Assembly: GCA_044238165.1 (NCBI GenBank)
Contig: JBIIDU010000001.1
Location: forward strand, 1 to 54,070
Direction of reading: 5' to 3'
From: Ferruginibacter sp.
GTDB lineage: Bacteria; Bacteroidota; Bacteroidia; Chitinophagales; Chitinophagaceae
DNA length: 54,070 bases
In this document: piece after piece, positions 9,288-20,111 of the stretch
Position numbering within the stretch: position 1 is the first letter of the stretch
Layout: each line of letters opens with the position of its first letter
The notes under the pieces: model-generated
What the model was told of the DNA's origin: nothing
Database searches by the model: none
What the model saw: only the letters and a program-made list of their open reading frames with translations
Translations under genes and position numbers: made by a program

Positions 9288-10427
9288 TTATTGAAAAATT
9301 TTGATGAAGTCGCGTGCAAAGTCCTTTACACGGCCCTCGTAAGGCGGGTAATTACAAACCGGATGCCGCAGGTGGCTTTCACGCAGCAAATCCGCCAGCT
9401 CCCCATAATTGTGGGGATCGAAAAAGCTGGCCGTGTCTCCGACCTGCTCGATATTCACATCCAGGTTGGAGGCGATGACCGGAACCTGCAGCGACTTGGC
9501 ATCCTCGATCACTGTGCTCCAGCCTTCAAACAGACTGGGTTGAACAACTGCAATCGAATGCTTCATCAGGCCCAGCTGGTCTTGCCGGGGTATCACACCC
9601 AGAAAGCTGACCCGGTCGGTGATGCCAAACTCGGTTACCATCTCACGGATCCTCTTGATATAGGCCTCATTTCCCTTGAATTCCATCTTGCCGGTAAAAA
9701 CCACATGGGCCTCCGAACCGGAAGCCTTCAGGATCTTCAACGCTTCCAGCACGGCAAAATGGTTTTTGTGGTTGGTGAACTGGTTCGATACGATGAAATA
9801 CCCGGCCGGAATCTTATAGCGTTCACGGAGTGTTTCCAATGAAGGAAATTCAAAATTGTCGATGATGGAAACGAAGCGCAGCTTGTGGATCCGGAGCGAG
9901 GGCTTGATTTGATAAAACCTCCGGAAATGATTTTCAACATCATGGCTCGAAACAGCCAGATCGGTGGCGTTTTTGAGAAACAGGCGGATACGCTGCTCAC
10001 GCAGAAAAGTACGCTTGGCCCCGAAGAAATGCGGATAGAACTTGTGCTGCAGATCGGGTATCCACCCAACCACTTTCACTCCCGGATAGTTGTCGTGGAT
10101 AGGTCGGTCGTTCGATGGATAAACGCCGTCGAGCCGGAAGTGCCGGATTGCCTCATCGACAAACACATTCTTCCGCGTCAGCCAGGTTTTGACGAATCCG
10201 CCGTAAACGCCCGGAAAATTCCATTCCACGAGCGTCAGCCGCGGGTATTTCATCTGGGGCAGAAACTCCTTCAGGTCGGGATTATACAACAGCACTATGT
10301 CGGGCTGTTCGGATTCATCAAGAAAATTGAGCGTATTGACCAGATTGATGATATAGATGATTCCCCCCATCCAGCCCTTCCGGAAGTTGAACAGGATACC
10401 TATTTTCTTTCTTTTGTGTTCTGACAT
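9288..10427 (-). CDS. Glycosyltransferase family 4
   Basis: 379 aa; [36 protein letters not shown]. Confidence 0.88.
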   Translation of the reverse strand: MSEHKRKKIGILFNFRKGWMGGIIYIINLVNTLNFLDESEQPDIVLLYNPDLKEFLPQMKYPRLTLVEWNFPGVYGGFVKTWLTRKNVFVDEAIRHFRLDGVYPSNDRPIHDNYPGVKVVGWIPDLQHKFYPHFFGAKRTFLREQRIRLFLKNATDLAVSSHDVENHFRRFYQIKPSLRIHKLRFVSIIDNFEFPSLETLRERYKIPAGYFIVSNQFTNHKNHFAVLEALKILKASGSEAHVVFTGKMEFKGNEAYIKRIREMVTEFGITDRVSFLGVIPRQDQLGLMKHSIAVVQPSLFEGWSTVIEDAKSLQVPVIASNLDVNIEQVGDTASFFDPHNYGELADLLRESHLRHPVCNYPPYEGRVKDFARDFIKIFQ

Positions 10428-10486
10428 TTTTCTTTGTTGATTCAGGTAAGTTTTAAAGGTTCAGCACGTGCGGCCCGTTGACTGGC

Positions 10487-11626
10487 TCAGGTGGTGACTT
10501 TCATCACATAGGTACGGAGAAACTCCCCGCTTCCCATGAACCGTACGTCGGGCCAGCGGGTAACCAGTGCCTTCAGCAGTTTTTTCAGCTCGGCCAGTCC
10601 CTCCTGCCGGTTGCGCTCGCTGATTCCGCCGGCAAAATTAACACGATGTGTGCTGATTATGGCAGCCTTGCCCCACTGAAAGGCAGATGCAACCTGCTGG
10701 AGGGTGGATGCAACCGAACGGTAGCCCTCGTCATTCGGCTCAAATGCGCAATTCCTTATATAATAATTCAACCGGCCGGGAACGTAACGCTGGCGGAAGG
10801 TGTAACGTTGTTGCCGGATCTGTCCGGTTTCATCCGGGTAGGGATTGCTGTGCCCTACGTTCAGAAAGGGAATGCCGGCTGTGAAAACCGCCGATTCAAA
10901 ATCGGGTGGGAACAGCGAGTTGGTAGGCATGAAGCTGGCAGGCAAATACCCGAACAGTTCGCGGAACATCCGGACGCCGTCGGCAATGGATGCTAACAGC
11001 AGCGGACGTACCGTTGGATTGTCGAAATAGAAGGCAGGCCGGAATTCCTGCGCAACATCCGGAATGCCCGGAATATCGCTTACCGAAACAAAGCCCTTGT
11101 CAAACGCCTGCAGGAGCAAACGGTTTCCTTGTTGTAAAAGACTCATCCACAACGGGAAGCTGATATGCTCCCTTCCGTGATATTCCGGCTGGAACAATCC
11201 CGACGACATGCCTTCGCGCCAAAGGGCCATGACCCGGCCGCTGTCGAGGCCATACTTTTCCATCGTTACGGGAAAAGGTTCACAGTAATAAGCAGAAAAT
11301 TTTTCCTTGCCGATACGGTCAAAATCTGGATTTGCCACATTCACAAAAGGAGAAAATACAGCCGCCCGGCCCGTATGGTCCTTCACCGACTGCAACACAT
11401 CGAACAATGCGCCGAGGTCGGCCTCGTTTTCCAGGGTGTCGAAGCGATGGTAACGGGACGGGGATACGGGTACGCCTGCCGCCAGCAATTCCTGATGTAC
11501 CTGCTCCGAAGGCATACGGATGCTGCCGTGGTCGTCCGATTCAATGATGACAACCTTGTGCGGTATCCGGGGACCCGGCATATTCTTTACAGCCAGTATC
11601 AGTTTGTATTTCAATGAAGCGATCAA
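10487..11626 (-). CDS. Polysaccharide deacetylase-like protein (paralog 2)
   Basis: 379 aa; ESDDHG, HGREH and THRVN acidic/His motifs; clearly similar to 20108-21217. Confidence 0.62.
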   Translation of the reverse strand: MIASLKYKLILAVKNMPGPRIPHKVVIIESDDHGSIRMPSEQVHQELLAAGVPVSPSRYHRFDTLENEADLGALFDVLQSVKDHTGRAAVFSPFVNVANPDFDRIGKEKFSAYYCEPFPVTMEKYGLDSGRVMALWREGMSSGLFQPEYHGREHISFPLWMSLLQQGNRLLLQAFDKGFVSVSDIPGIPDVAQEFRPAFYFDNPTVRPLLLASIADGVRMFRELFGYLPASFMPTNSLFPPDFESAVFTAGIPFLNVGHSNPYPDETGQIRQQRYTFRQRYVPGRLNYYIRNCAFEPNDEGYRSVASTLQQVASAFQWGKAAIISTHRVNFAGGISERNRQEGLAELKKLLKALVTRWPDVRFMGSGEFLRTYVMKVTT

Positions 11627-11638
11627 ACCCGATAACAG

Positions 11639-12556
11639 TTAAAAAGGTACACCTTCAAAACGGAGCAGGTCTTTCAGCCCCTCTCCAATGTCAACCTGTG
11701 GCTTCCATCCGGTGAGCCGCTCCAGCAGTCCGATATCGGCCACCTGCGTCTGTTTGTCGACCTTGCGGATCCGTGCGGTATCGGTCTCAATGGTGAAACG
11801 GCGGCCGGTGATGCCTTCAATTTTCTCAATCATTTCGCGCACCGTAAACCCGTGGCCGTGCGCCACATTCACAATCTGGATGCCCCCGTTGGCGCAATCG
11901 GCCAGCCGGATCAGGGCCTGGGCACAATCGGACGTATGGATGTAATCGCGGGTAGTGGTGATGTTTCCAAGCCGAAGCCGGTCTCCCTCCGAAATTTGCC
12001 GGATGACCTCCGGAATGATGTGCATGTTGGTTTCACGGGGACCATAATTGTTGAACAGCCTGCATACGACCAGCGGGGTCTTGTGAACCTGGTGGTGGTA
12101 TTGGCAAAGTTCCTCACCGAACCACTTGCTCCAGCCATAAATGTCAACCGGAGCCACTTCATCCTGCTCGGAGAGTGCCCCGGCACTGTCTGCATAAACC
12201 GCACCTGAAGAGGCAAACAAAATTTTTTCCACTCCCGTAGCTGCTGCCGCATTGAGTATCGAGGAAGTTCCCTCCACATTGACGCGCAGCGTACGTTCCG
12301 GATTGTCATTGCATTCGGGTATGTAGTGGATGGCGGCCAGATGATATACCACCTTGGGCCGCACCTGCTCAAAAACTGCTTTGACCGCCGCCGCATCCGT
12401 GATGTCGGTCTGGTACAACGGCACATCAAGTATGTCGTCGATCGCCGGAGCGATGCGATTCTTGTTGTCAATGATGGCTACCTGTTCGCCCTTACTTTTC
12501 AACTGACGAACCAGCTCGTTGCCGATGAATCCCAACCCGCCTGTAACTAAAATCAT
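11639..12556 (-). CDS. NAD-dependent epimerase/dehydratase (extended SDR)
   Basis: 305 aa; TGGLGFIG, HLAA, ASSGAVY, YGWSK (YxxxK), RLFNNYGP, RDY. Confidence 0.88.
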   Translation of the reverse strand: MILVTGGLGFIGNELVRQLKSKGEQVAIIDNKNRIAPAIDDILDVPLYQTDITDAAAVKAVFEQVRPKVVYHLAAIHYIPECNDNPERTLRVNVEGTSSILNAAAATGVEKILFASSGAVYADSAGALSEQDEVAPVDIYGWSKWFGEELCQYHHQVHKTPLVVCRLFNNYGPRETNMHIIPEVIRQISEGDRLRLGNITTTRDYIHTSDCAQALIRLADCANGGIQIVNVAHGHGFTVREMIEKIEGITGRRFTIETDTARIRKVDKQTQVADIGLLERLTGWKPQVDIGEGLKDLLRFEGVPF

Positions 12557-12568
12557 AACGCTTGTTTT

Positions 12569-13711
12569 TTATGGAGAAATTGAAAGAGAATGTGTCAGTG
12601 TATGGAAATAGCGGTCGCCAATCTGTCGGGCGTCAAACTCCCGGATTTTCTGCCGGCCGTTGTCGGCGAATTTTTTCCGAAGCGCCGGATCCCGCATGAG
12701 CAGGGCCAGTTTTTCCTGAAACTGCGGATAGTCGAACAACGGAACCAGATAGCCGGTCTTGTCCGGCACAATCATTTCGGCGGGTCCGGCCACACAATCG
12801 AATGCCACCACGGGAAGCCCGGCCGACATCGCCTCGCCGATCACATTGGGGAACCCCTCGGAGCTCGAGGTGAATGCAAATATTTCACTGCTCAGGTAAA
12901 ACGCATCTACCTTGGACTGTTTGCCCGCAAGCCAGACGATGTCTTCCGCATGCCTGTCCTTCACCAGCTGTTGCAGGCGCGACATATGTTGCTGCTTCAG
13001 GTGATCATATCCAACAATAACCAATTGCCAGCCGGGCTCGCGGATATCGACAAACATTTCGATGAGCTTGTCCTGATGCTTGGTGTCGATCAGGCGGCCG
13101 ACCATCAGCACCACTTTTTTCCGAGCAGGGGCGACTGTCGTATCCGCGGCAATTGAGCGGATGGGATTGCCGATTACCTCGATACGTCGGTTGAGACCCA
13201 TGGCCGAATAGATGTCCCGGGCCTTTGCCGTCTGCGCAATGATTCCCCGGGCCCGGGGGTAAAGCCATTTGCGAAGCCGCTGCTGGATTTTTCCCAATGG
13301 TTTGTCGGGCTGGCTTCGGTCGGACACAAATACAGGAATACCGGTGCCCAACAGGGAGAGCAATACGAAATTGTTCCACACTTCGCCGAAACTCAGCACC
13401 ACCTGGGGGGCAATGTTCCGGATGGTCTTTCGCAGAAAAAAAATCGTGCGTAGGGTAGACAAGAACCGCCGTTCGGCCCGGAAGGGAAACGAAGGACGAA
13501 TGAGGTTAATCCGCTGGTCGAGCGGATAGAAAACATCGCGCTTGATGCCATAAAGCACCAGGTCGACCCGTGTACCGGACTGCATGGCGAAATGGTTGGC
13601 CAATTCGGCCATGACCCGTTCCATGCCGCCTGCCTGCAGCGAATGGATCACCAGGCAAATACGAACAGCCTGTCGGCCGTTATCCGATGTGTGCTGCTCA
13701 GAGTGGGTCAA
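12569..13711 (-). CDS. Glycosyltransferase family 4 (PglH/PglJ-like)
   Basis: SLQAGGMERV, IGNP, GRL..TK, EGFPNVIGEAMSAGLPVVAFD; start uncertain. Confidence 0.88.
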   Translation of the reverse strand: MTHSEQHTSDNGRQAVRICLVIHSLQAGGMERVMAELANHFAMQSGTRVDLVLYGIKRDVFYPLDQRINLIRPSFPFRAERRFLSTLRTIFFLRKTIRNIAPQVVLSFGEVWNNFVLLSLLGTGIPVFVSDRSQPDKPLGKIQQRLRKWLYPRARGIIAQTAKARDIYSAMGLNRRIEVIGNPIRSIAADTTVAPARKKVVLMVGRLIDTKHQDKLIEMFVDIREPGWQLVIVGYDHLKQQHMSRLQQLVKDRHAEDIVWLAGKQSKVDAFYLSSEIFAFTSSSEGFPNVIGEAMSAGLPVVAFDCVAGPAEMIVPDKTGYLVPLFDYPQFQEKLALLMRDPALRKKFADNGRQKIREFDARQIGDRYFHTLTHSLSISP

Positions 13712-14594
13712 AACAAGAAGGCATTTGTTTCAACAGATAGCCGGTGAATTTGACCGATCCGGAAAGATTGAGGTGGTTGCGGCTCAACCAGTCTTTGGCA
13801 GGATCCAGCAGGCTGTCGCAAAGCTGCCGGTTGTTGCCGTTCAACACCCAAATTGGTTTTTGCGAAATGGCCGTGTCGCGGATAACCTGATGAGGCCGTA
13901 AATCCTGCGCCTCTTTCCAGCAGGGCATCTCAACAAGCGCTACGGGTATGTTGCGACGTTGACACAATGCGATCATTTCCCGAAGATAATGATAGCCCGG
14001 GCCCCTGTAGCTTCCGTATCCGGAATCGGAAACAACTCCCTCGCGAAACGAAGTGGGGTCGGGAATCGTACGGCTTGTCTGATACTGGCCACGTGCGATC
14101 CGCGTTGATCGGTGGTCGGACGAAAATAGTTTTTTGATGTTTTCGGTAAACAACCACCGAAAGGTGAAAAGAGGCAGGGCGGAAATATCCGTTATGCCAT
14201 CAGATATCCGATAATAATGCCCTACAGTAGGATTCACCTCTTCGGTAGGCACATAACGCATGTGGGCGCTGCTCAGGCAGATGAATACCCTGTCGGGATT
14301 CCGGTTCTTTTCGAGATAGGTTTGCAGCTGGATAAAGTTGGTTTTGAGCGTAGCGCCCCCCACCGAAAAATTATAGGCGGATCCTCGTGACGTCTCCAGC
14401 ATGGAAGTGTTGATTCCGTCCATTGCGGTACTGTTGCCCAGCACCAGGCAGTTGATCGACTGGTTGGTGAAGGAATGTGCTTCCTTCACTTTCAGGAATT
14501 CGAGGTCGTATTTACCAAGCCAACCCATAAAGACCAGGTTAAGCAAGGCAAATCCGGCAATCAGAAGACCCGTAAAAATTAAAAACCGTTTCAA
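13698..14594 (-). CDS. Membrane-anchored SGNH-like partner of MBOAT (AlgJ/DltD-like acyl relay)
   Basis: 298 aa; N-terminal TM, LVLGNSTA (GxS block), C-terminal NHLN..G; abuts the MBOAT gene. Confidence 0.55.
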   Translation of the reverse strand: MKRFLIFTGLLIAGFALLNLVFMGWLGKYDLEFLKVKEAHSFTNQSINCLVLGNSTAMDGINTSMLETSRGSAYNFSVGGATLKTNFIQLQTYLEKNRNPDRVFICLSSAHMRYVPTEEVNPTVGHYYRISDGITDISALPLFTFRWLFTENIKKLFSSDHRSTRIARGQYQTSRTIPDPTSFREGVVSDSGYGSYRGPGYHYLREMIALCQRRNIPVALVEMPCWKEAQDLRPHQVIRDTAISQKPIWVLNGNNRQLCDSLLDPAKDWLSRNHLNLSGSVKFTGYLLKQMPSCFDPL

Positions 14595-16034
14595 TCAGAA
14601 CTGGAAATAGATGAAGCTTTGCTCGGAAAACTGTCCGAAGAGCGTGATGAGTATCAGCAAAAAAAGCGATAAGACGAATTGAACAGCCACACGTGGTGTG
14701 TACAGCTTGTTTTTCACATACAGCCGATAGAGGCTTAACAGAAAAAAGACCGGAAAGACAAGCGCGTAACCCAACAACTCGGCGCTTTCAAAATGGAATC
14801 GCTTCCCCGTATGATTGGTGACAATACCCTTGATGAAACTGAATGCCGCCGGCAAAGACTCTGCCCGGAAAAAGATCCACGCAAGTGTCACCAGAGAAAA
14901 AGTGACCGCTATGTGAAAAAAGTCCGAAAAGGCCGGCAACCGCTTTCCGGCATGCACCAGGTCCTGGTTGAACTTCCGGTTTGAAGCGAAAACAAAGGAT
15001 GGGATGAACAGCAGCGCATGGATGCCGCCCCAGGCAATGAACGTCCAGTTGGCCCCATGCCAGAATCCACTCACCAGAAATATGATGAATACGTTGCGGA
15101 TGCTTAACAAGCGGGTTCCTTTGGAGCCACCCAAAGGAATGTAGACATAATCGCGGAACCAGGAGGAAAGGGATATGTGCCAGCGTCGCCAGAATTCGGC
15201 GATGTTGCGGGACAAATACGGGAAGTCGAAGTTTTTCAGCAGATCGATTCCCAGTATCCTGGAAGACCCGATGGCGATGTCGGAGTAGCCGCTGAAATCG
15301 CAGTAAATCTGAAAAGAGAATGCGAGGGCTGCCAGAACAAGCGAATACGCGTCATAGGAAGAGGCGTCCGCATATACCCGGTTGACCATCTGGGCCATGT
15401 TGTCGGCAATCACCACTTTCTTGAAGAAGCCCCAGATCATCAGCTCGAGCCCGCTGATGGCATGGGTGGCATTGAAAACCCTTGGAACTTTCAACTGCGG
15501 CAGCAGATGCGTGGCCCGCTCGATGGGGCCGGCCACCAGCAGGGGAAAATAGCTCACAAACAGGGAGTAATCGACAAAGTTGCGCTCTGCACGGATTTTC
15601 CCTTTGTAGATGTCGATCACATACGACAACCCATGGAAGGTGTAAAAGGAGATGCCCACCGGAAGTATGACTTCCAGCGTAGGGAAATGTGCCTGGAAGC
15701 CCCAGGCACCCAGCAGCCCGGCAAAGGATCCTACGAAGAAATTATAGTATTTGAAAACTCCCAGAAATCCGAGATTGATGACCACGCTCAGCCAGAACCA
15801 AAAGCGTCTTTTTGCAGGATTACCTACTCGCTCCATCTGCAACCCGGTAAAATAGTCGAGCAGGGTTGAGAACACCAGCAAAAACAGGAAGCGCCAGTCC
15901 CAACAGGCATAAAAATAATAACTGACAGCAAGCAGGAAGAGGTTCTGCAAGCGCAGGTGGCGGTTGTTAAGCAGCCAATAGACCACAAACACAATCGGAA
16001 AAAAAACAAGAAACTGTAACGAATTGAAAAGCAT
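14595..16034 (-). CDS. MBOAT family O-acyltransferase (AlgI/DltB-like)
   Basis: MLFNS start (16034), LPVGISFYTF, AGPIER, DFSGYSDIAIG, FWRRWHISLSSWFRDY, SGFWHGA, terminal FIYFQF. Confidence 0.93.
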   Translation of the reverse strand: MLFNSLQFLVFFPIVFVVYWLLNNRHLRLQNLFLLAVSYYFYACWDWRFLFLLVFSTLLDYFTGLQMERVGNPAKRRFWFWLSVVINLGFLGVFKYYNFFVGSFAGLLGAWGFQAHFPTLEVILPVGISFYTFHGLSYVIDIYKGKIRAERNFVDYSLFVSYFPLLVAGPIERATHLLPQLKVPRVFNATHAISGLELMIWGFFKKVVIADNMAQMVNRVYADASSYDAYSLVLAALAFSFQIYCDFSGYSDIAIGSSRILGIDLLKNFDFPYLSRNIAEFWRRWHISLSSWFRDYVYIPLGGSKGTRLLSIRNVFIIFLVSGFWHGANWTFIAWGGIHALLFIPSFVFASNRKFNQDLVHAGKRLPAFSDFFHIAVTFSLVTLAWIFFRAESLPAAFSFIKGIVTNHTGKRFHFESAELLGYALVFPVFFLLSLYRLYVKNKLYTPRVAVQFVLSLFLLILITLFGQFSEQSFIYFQF

Positions 16035-16053
16035 GTCGGAAAATAATAAGAAA

Positions 16054-17058
16054 CTACCGGGCAACGCAATCAACCATCCACTCCTGCGGTTTGAACGGCC
16101 CCGGGTGCCATTTCAAATCACTGTCCCAGTAGCCCGTGCAGGCATCATAGGCCCCGGTGGCGAAACCATAACTTATTTCAATAAGCAGGGGCTCTCCGCC
16201 GGAAAAAACATAATCGTAGGCCACACACTGCAAATTCAACTGGCGGGCCAGTTGCAGGGATTGGGCAATCAGCTTTGGATCGAAGAGGCGCTCGTCATAG
16301 AGGATGTTGCCGCTTCCCGAAGCTCGGAAATCTTTTTCCCGGATCATGCGCTTGATGGCGAAGGCCTTGTTGTCGATCACAATGATCCGGATATCGGAAT
16401 CATTGTTTGGAATGAAATCCTGAAAATATACATAGCCCTTCTCCCTTCCGGTCATCCGGGCGAATTCGGGCTTATGAAAAATGCGGATGAATCCCTTGAT
16501 CACTTCATAAAAACCAACATACCCCTTCCGGAACTTTCGGAACCTTTCTTCGAGACTGGCCCAGCTGTCGTATTGCGAGAAGCCGCGGCCAAATGCCTGC
16601 CGGATCAGACGGTCAGCCGCCGATCTTGAATGAATCAGCCGCACATTTGCCGAACCGGCTCCTTTGCTGAGTTTGAATACTTTGGGAAAGGTGGTGTTTG
16701 CCGACCAGGCGAGTGCTTCCTTTTTGGTATAAAAAATATACGTTGGAATGGAGGGAACACCCAGCGCCGACAACAGGTATTTCTGCCCGATCTTGTCATC
16801 AAAATGCCAGCAGGTATGGAAATCTGGAAATACCCGTAGCCCTTTTTGCTGAAGCGAGTACATCAGTTGTTTGGCAAACAAGACCGATTTCGGATTTGCA
16901 TGGTGGAAATGCCACATCAGTGCCGTGCAGCCTTCCAGCTGCTCCAGAATATCATTCCGGTAGCAGTCCACTACCCGGCACGGGATTCCGGTTCGCTCAC
17001 AATAAGCCAGCCAGCGTTCGCTGAATGTGCCGGGGCTATGATGTATGGCTATGCGCAT
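16054..17058 (-). CDS. RimK-like ATP-grasp ligase
   Basis: 334 aa; FDDKIGQ, FPKVFKLSKGAGS, YFQDFIP..DIRI, DFRASGSG, AYDY, LIEIS. Confidence 0.78.
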   Translation of the reverse strand: MRIAIHHSPGTFSERWLAYCERTGIPCRVVDCYRNDILEQLEGCTALMWHFHHANPKSVLFAKQLMYSLQQKGLRVFPDFHTCWHFDDKIGQKYLLSALGVPSIPTYIFYTKKEALAWSANTTFPKVFKLSKGAGSANVRLIHSRSAADRLIRQAFGRGFSQYDSWASLEERFRKFRKGYVGFYEVIKGFIRIFHKPEFARMTGREKGYVYFQDFIPNNDSDIRIIVIDNKAFAIKRMIREKDFRASGSGNILYDERLFDPKLIAQSLQLARQLNLQCVAYDYVFSGGEPLLIEISYGFATGAYDACTGYWDSDLKWHPGPFKPQEWMVDCVAR

Positions 17059-18968
17059 GGTTTATCGATGTATTGCTGCATCCAGATCTCGAGGCTGGTG
17101 ACCACCCAGAGGGCGTCAAGTTCGGCATGACCGATGCGGTCGATGCCTTCAAGCCAACCCCTGACCTGTGTACCGTTCAGGATGCCCCGTCGCTCGATGC
17201 CCGGGAGCACACCCTCGCGCAGATAGGCGTTGAAATCGGGCTGGGTCATGAAGTCGCGGAGCGGTATGCCGAAACCCATCTTGTCGCGAAAAGCGAAGTC
17301 ATTTCCGAATACCGATGCGCACAGGCGCTTCAGGATGTATTTCTCGGTGTTGCTGCTTTCCGGTGCCCGGCGGCGGATCAGGTACTCTTCGGGAATCTGG
17401 AAGGAATGGCGCACCACCTCGTTATCGAGAAAAGGGACGCGGTTTTCTATGGAATGCGCCATCGACATCTTGTCCTGACGCGTAAGCAGGTCGGGCAGGT
17501 AGGTAAGCATGTCGTATTTCACCTGCCGGTCGAATGGTGAGCCGGACAGTTTGCTGAAAATGTCTTTGCGCGACTGTGCAGCCCTTTCATAACTGAAGCC
17601 GTTCTTCATGGAGGCGGCCAGTGCTCCGGATATAAAGGCGGCATTGATGTTGGCACGCTGGAACGGGTCGGCCGATTTTTTCAGATAGGCGAACACGTTG
17701 GGGAAGGAACGCAACAGTCCCGAATAAAATCGCTTGCCGGAATACGGATATTTCACATCATAAAACCGGCTGTAACCACCAAAGACCTCGTCGGCTCCTT
17801 CACCGCTCAGCAAAACGGTCACATGCTCCCGTGCGCGCTGGGCCAGCAGAAAAATGCCAACGGTGTTGGGGTGGTTTACCGGTTGCTCGAAATGCCAGGT
17901 GGCCGTCTGGAATTGGGTGCGGTAATAATCCGCATCCAGGGGAAACTGGTGCGACACGATTCCCAGCTTTTCAACAACCTGGTCTATGTATCGCTTCTCG
18001 CTCATCCGTGTATTCTCGAAAACGATGGACACGCTCTCCAGCAGGTCATCCTGCTTCATTTCACGCGCCAGCCAGGTGACCAGCGATGAATCTATACCTC
18101 CGGAAAGCTGGCACCCCAGCTTGACATCACTCATCAGCTGGGAACGGACGCTGTCCCTCAATACCTCCTTCAGGTGGTCGATGGCTGTGCCGAACGCAGG
18201 GCGGTCCGAAAGTACCCGGCGGTATTCGTTCACATCAAAGTACTGATGCTTCGACACCTGTCCGTCAACGGTCCAAACCCAGAACTGTCCGGGACCGATG
18301 CGCTCCACATCGCGAATCAGTGTGGTCCGAAGCGTGTTTCGGTATATCAGGTACTCGTCGAGCGCTTCCTCATTCAACCGGGCACGGAATCCGGGAAGCG
18401 ATAAAAAACTTTTTATTTCGGAAGAAAAGGCAAAAAGACCGGGCTGCCGGAAAACATACATGGGCTTGATACCGAAGCGGTCTCTGGTCAGGAACATTTT
18501 GCCCAACCGCAGATCCACCACCACGATGGCGAACATGCCGTTGAGTTTTTTGACCATCTCTTCGAAACCGTATTTGAGATACAGGTAAAGCACCACCTCC
18601 GTATCGGTCGTGCTTCTGAACCTGACACCATCGGCTTCCAGTCCGGGCTTCAGTTCGAATGCATTATATATTTCACCGTTGAGGGTGAGAATCACCTGAC
18701 GGTCGGGTGAATACATCGGCTGGTGGCCGTTTTCAGACAGGTCCAGAATACTCAGGCGGTTAAAGCCGAGCATTCCGGTGAAACGGCCTTCAACAACCCG
18801 GTCCTCATGAACAGCAAATTCTGCAGAGGTTCGCTCCGCCAGGTCAAATGCCACCATTCCAGAGTCATCGGGGCCCCGGTGCCGCTGCACAGCCAGCATC
18901 TGGCGCAGCGTGCCGGTTTGTTTGACCGATTGTCCGTCCGTATGGATATATCCGGTTATTCCGCACAT
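17049..18968 (-). CDS. asnB: Asparagine synthase (glutamine-hydrolysing)-like amidotransferase
   Basis: 639 aa; MCGI, HRGPD, RLSILDL, NGEIYN, RDRFGIKP, LSGGIDSS, SGEGADE, DKMSMAHSIENRVPFLD. Confidence 0.92.
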   Translation of the reverse strand: MCGITGYIHTDGQSVKQTGTLRQMLAVQRHRGPDDSGMVAFDLAERTSAEFAVHEDRVVEGRFTGMLGFNRLSILDLSENGHQPMYSPDRQVILTLNGEIYNAFELKPGLEADGVRFRSTTDTEVVLYLYLKYGFEEMVKKLNGMFAIVVVDLRLGKMFLTRDRFGIKPMYVFRQPGLFAFSSEIKSFLSLPGFRARLNEEALDEYLIYRNTLRTTLIRDVERIGPGQFWVWTVDGQVSKHQYFDVNEYRRVLSDRPAFGTAIDHLKEVLRDSVRSQLMSDVKLGCQLSGGIDSSLVTWLAREMKQDDLLESVSIVFENTRMSEKRYIDQVVEKLGIVSHQFPLDADYYRTQFQTATWHFEQPVNHPNTVGIFLLAQRAREHVTVLLSGEGADEVFGGYSRFYDVKYPYSGKRFYSGLLRSFPNVFAYLKKSADPFQRANINAAFISGALAASMKNGFSYERAAQSRKDIFSKLSGSPFDRQVKYDMLTYLPDLLTRQDKMSMAHSIENRVPFLDNEVVRHSFQIPEEYLIRRRAPESSNTEKYILKRLCASVFGNDFAFRDKMGFGIPLRDFMTQPDFNAYLREGVLPGIERRGILNGTQVRGWLEGIDRIGHAELDALWVVTSLEIWMQQYIDKPCA

Positions 18969-18971
18969 AGG

Positions 18972-20111
18972 TTATTCTTGTTTCGTTGGGCTAAGCAAGT
19001 CGAACAGCACTTCCCTGTGCGATTCACAGCGCATCAGGTTAAGCAGCAGCAGGCGCTTCCTCCCTTTCATCAGGCGCGGGAAGAATCCCCGTGCCCGGAG
19101 TGAAGCAACCTTGGTGCCGAAATTCGGCTCCAGAAACGATTCGTACATCTTCTTTTTTGAACGGCAATAGGCCATGAAAGCGTCCTGAAGCCGGGCATCA
19201 TCAGAAATGATCTGGCTCAGCCTTTCCAACCGCTGGCTGAATTTCAATTTCTCTTCATCGTTCAGATGGAAAACTCCGGGCAAAGTGTTTCCCTGCTTCA
19301 TGGGAACAATCTCAAACCGGATTTTTTCGTCCAGCAACAGGCGCACCACAAAACCCTCATTCCAGTCCTTGAAATGTTTTCCCGGCCAGTCGTAAATGAA
19401 ATTACCCAGGCTGTAAAAGATGGGCTTCTCCCGGTACATCTCATATCCGCTGAAGCAGTGGGTGTGGTTCGATACGACGGCATCGGCACCGAGATCGATA
19501 AAAAAGCGATAAAGCTCCTTCATACGGGGCGAGGGCAATTCATAAAACTCATGCCCGCCGTGCAGAAAAAGGATAACAAAATCGTGCCCGGCCCTTGCCT
19601 GCATGATGTCGCGGTAATTGTTGATGGGGTGCAGGCCATTTGCCGCCATCACACCGTCAGGAGCCTGCAGGAACTCGTTTTCGGCAAAGTTGAGTATGGC
19701 AATCCTTTTACCTCGTATGGTGACCGAATAGGGTTTGCGGCGCTCGGCATCACTTTCGCCGATGCCGATGGTGGCAATTCCGGCATTCCGACAAAGCTCC
19801 AGGGTTTGTTTTGCCCCCGGAGTTCCGCAATCCATGATGTGGTTGTTGGCCATGCCTACCAATCCGACCCCTGCGTAGCGCAGTATTTCAACCGTATGGG
19901 GCGCGGCAAACTGGTGAGGCCCCGTTTTGGGTACCCTTACCGTGGTGGTTGTCAGCGGGCATTCCAGATCCATGATGTTGAGGTCGTTACCCTGGAACAC
20001 ATCAATGAAATCGTTGAAGATGGCAGCATGATCGCCGCGGGCGGACAAGCCTTCCACCCGGTTGTGCGGACAGAAGTCGCCGGTGAACAATAAGGAAACG
20101 GGTTGGGTCAT
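18972..20111 (-). CDS. CapA/PgsA family metallophosphoesterase
   Basis: TGD, DLECP, ANNHIMD, HGGHE, NHTH, YSLGNF; start MTQPVS at 20111 gives an ATGA overlap with the upstream gene. Confidence 0.85.
   Translation of the reverse strand: MTQPVSLLFTGDFCPHNRVEGLSARGDHAAIFNDFIDVFQGNDLNIMDLECPLTTTTVRVPKTGPHQFAAPHTVEILRYAGVGLVGMANNHIMDCGTPGAKQTLELCRNAGIATIGIGESDAERRKPYSVTIRGKRIAILNFAENEFLQAPDGVMAANGLHPINNYRDIMQARAGHDFVILFLHGGHEFYELPSPRMKELYRFFIDLGADAVVSNHTHCFSGYEMYREKPIFYSLGNFIYDWPGKHFKDWNEGFVVRLLLDEKIRFEIVPMKQGNTLPGVFHLNDEEKLKFSQRLERLSQIISDDARLQDAFMAYCRSKKKMYESFLEPNFGTKVASLRARGFFPRLMKGRKRLLLLNLMRCESHREVLFDLLSPTKQE

Noticed and set aside
18972-20111. CapA as evidence for a poly-gamma-glutamate capsule
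   Set aside because: No capB/capC synthase genes in the window
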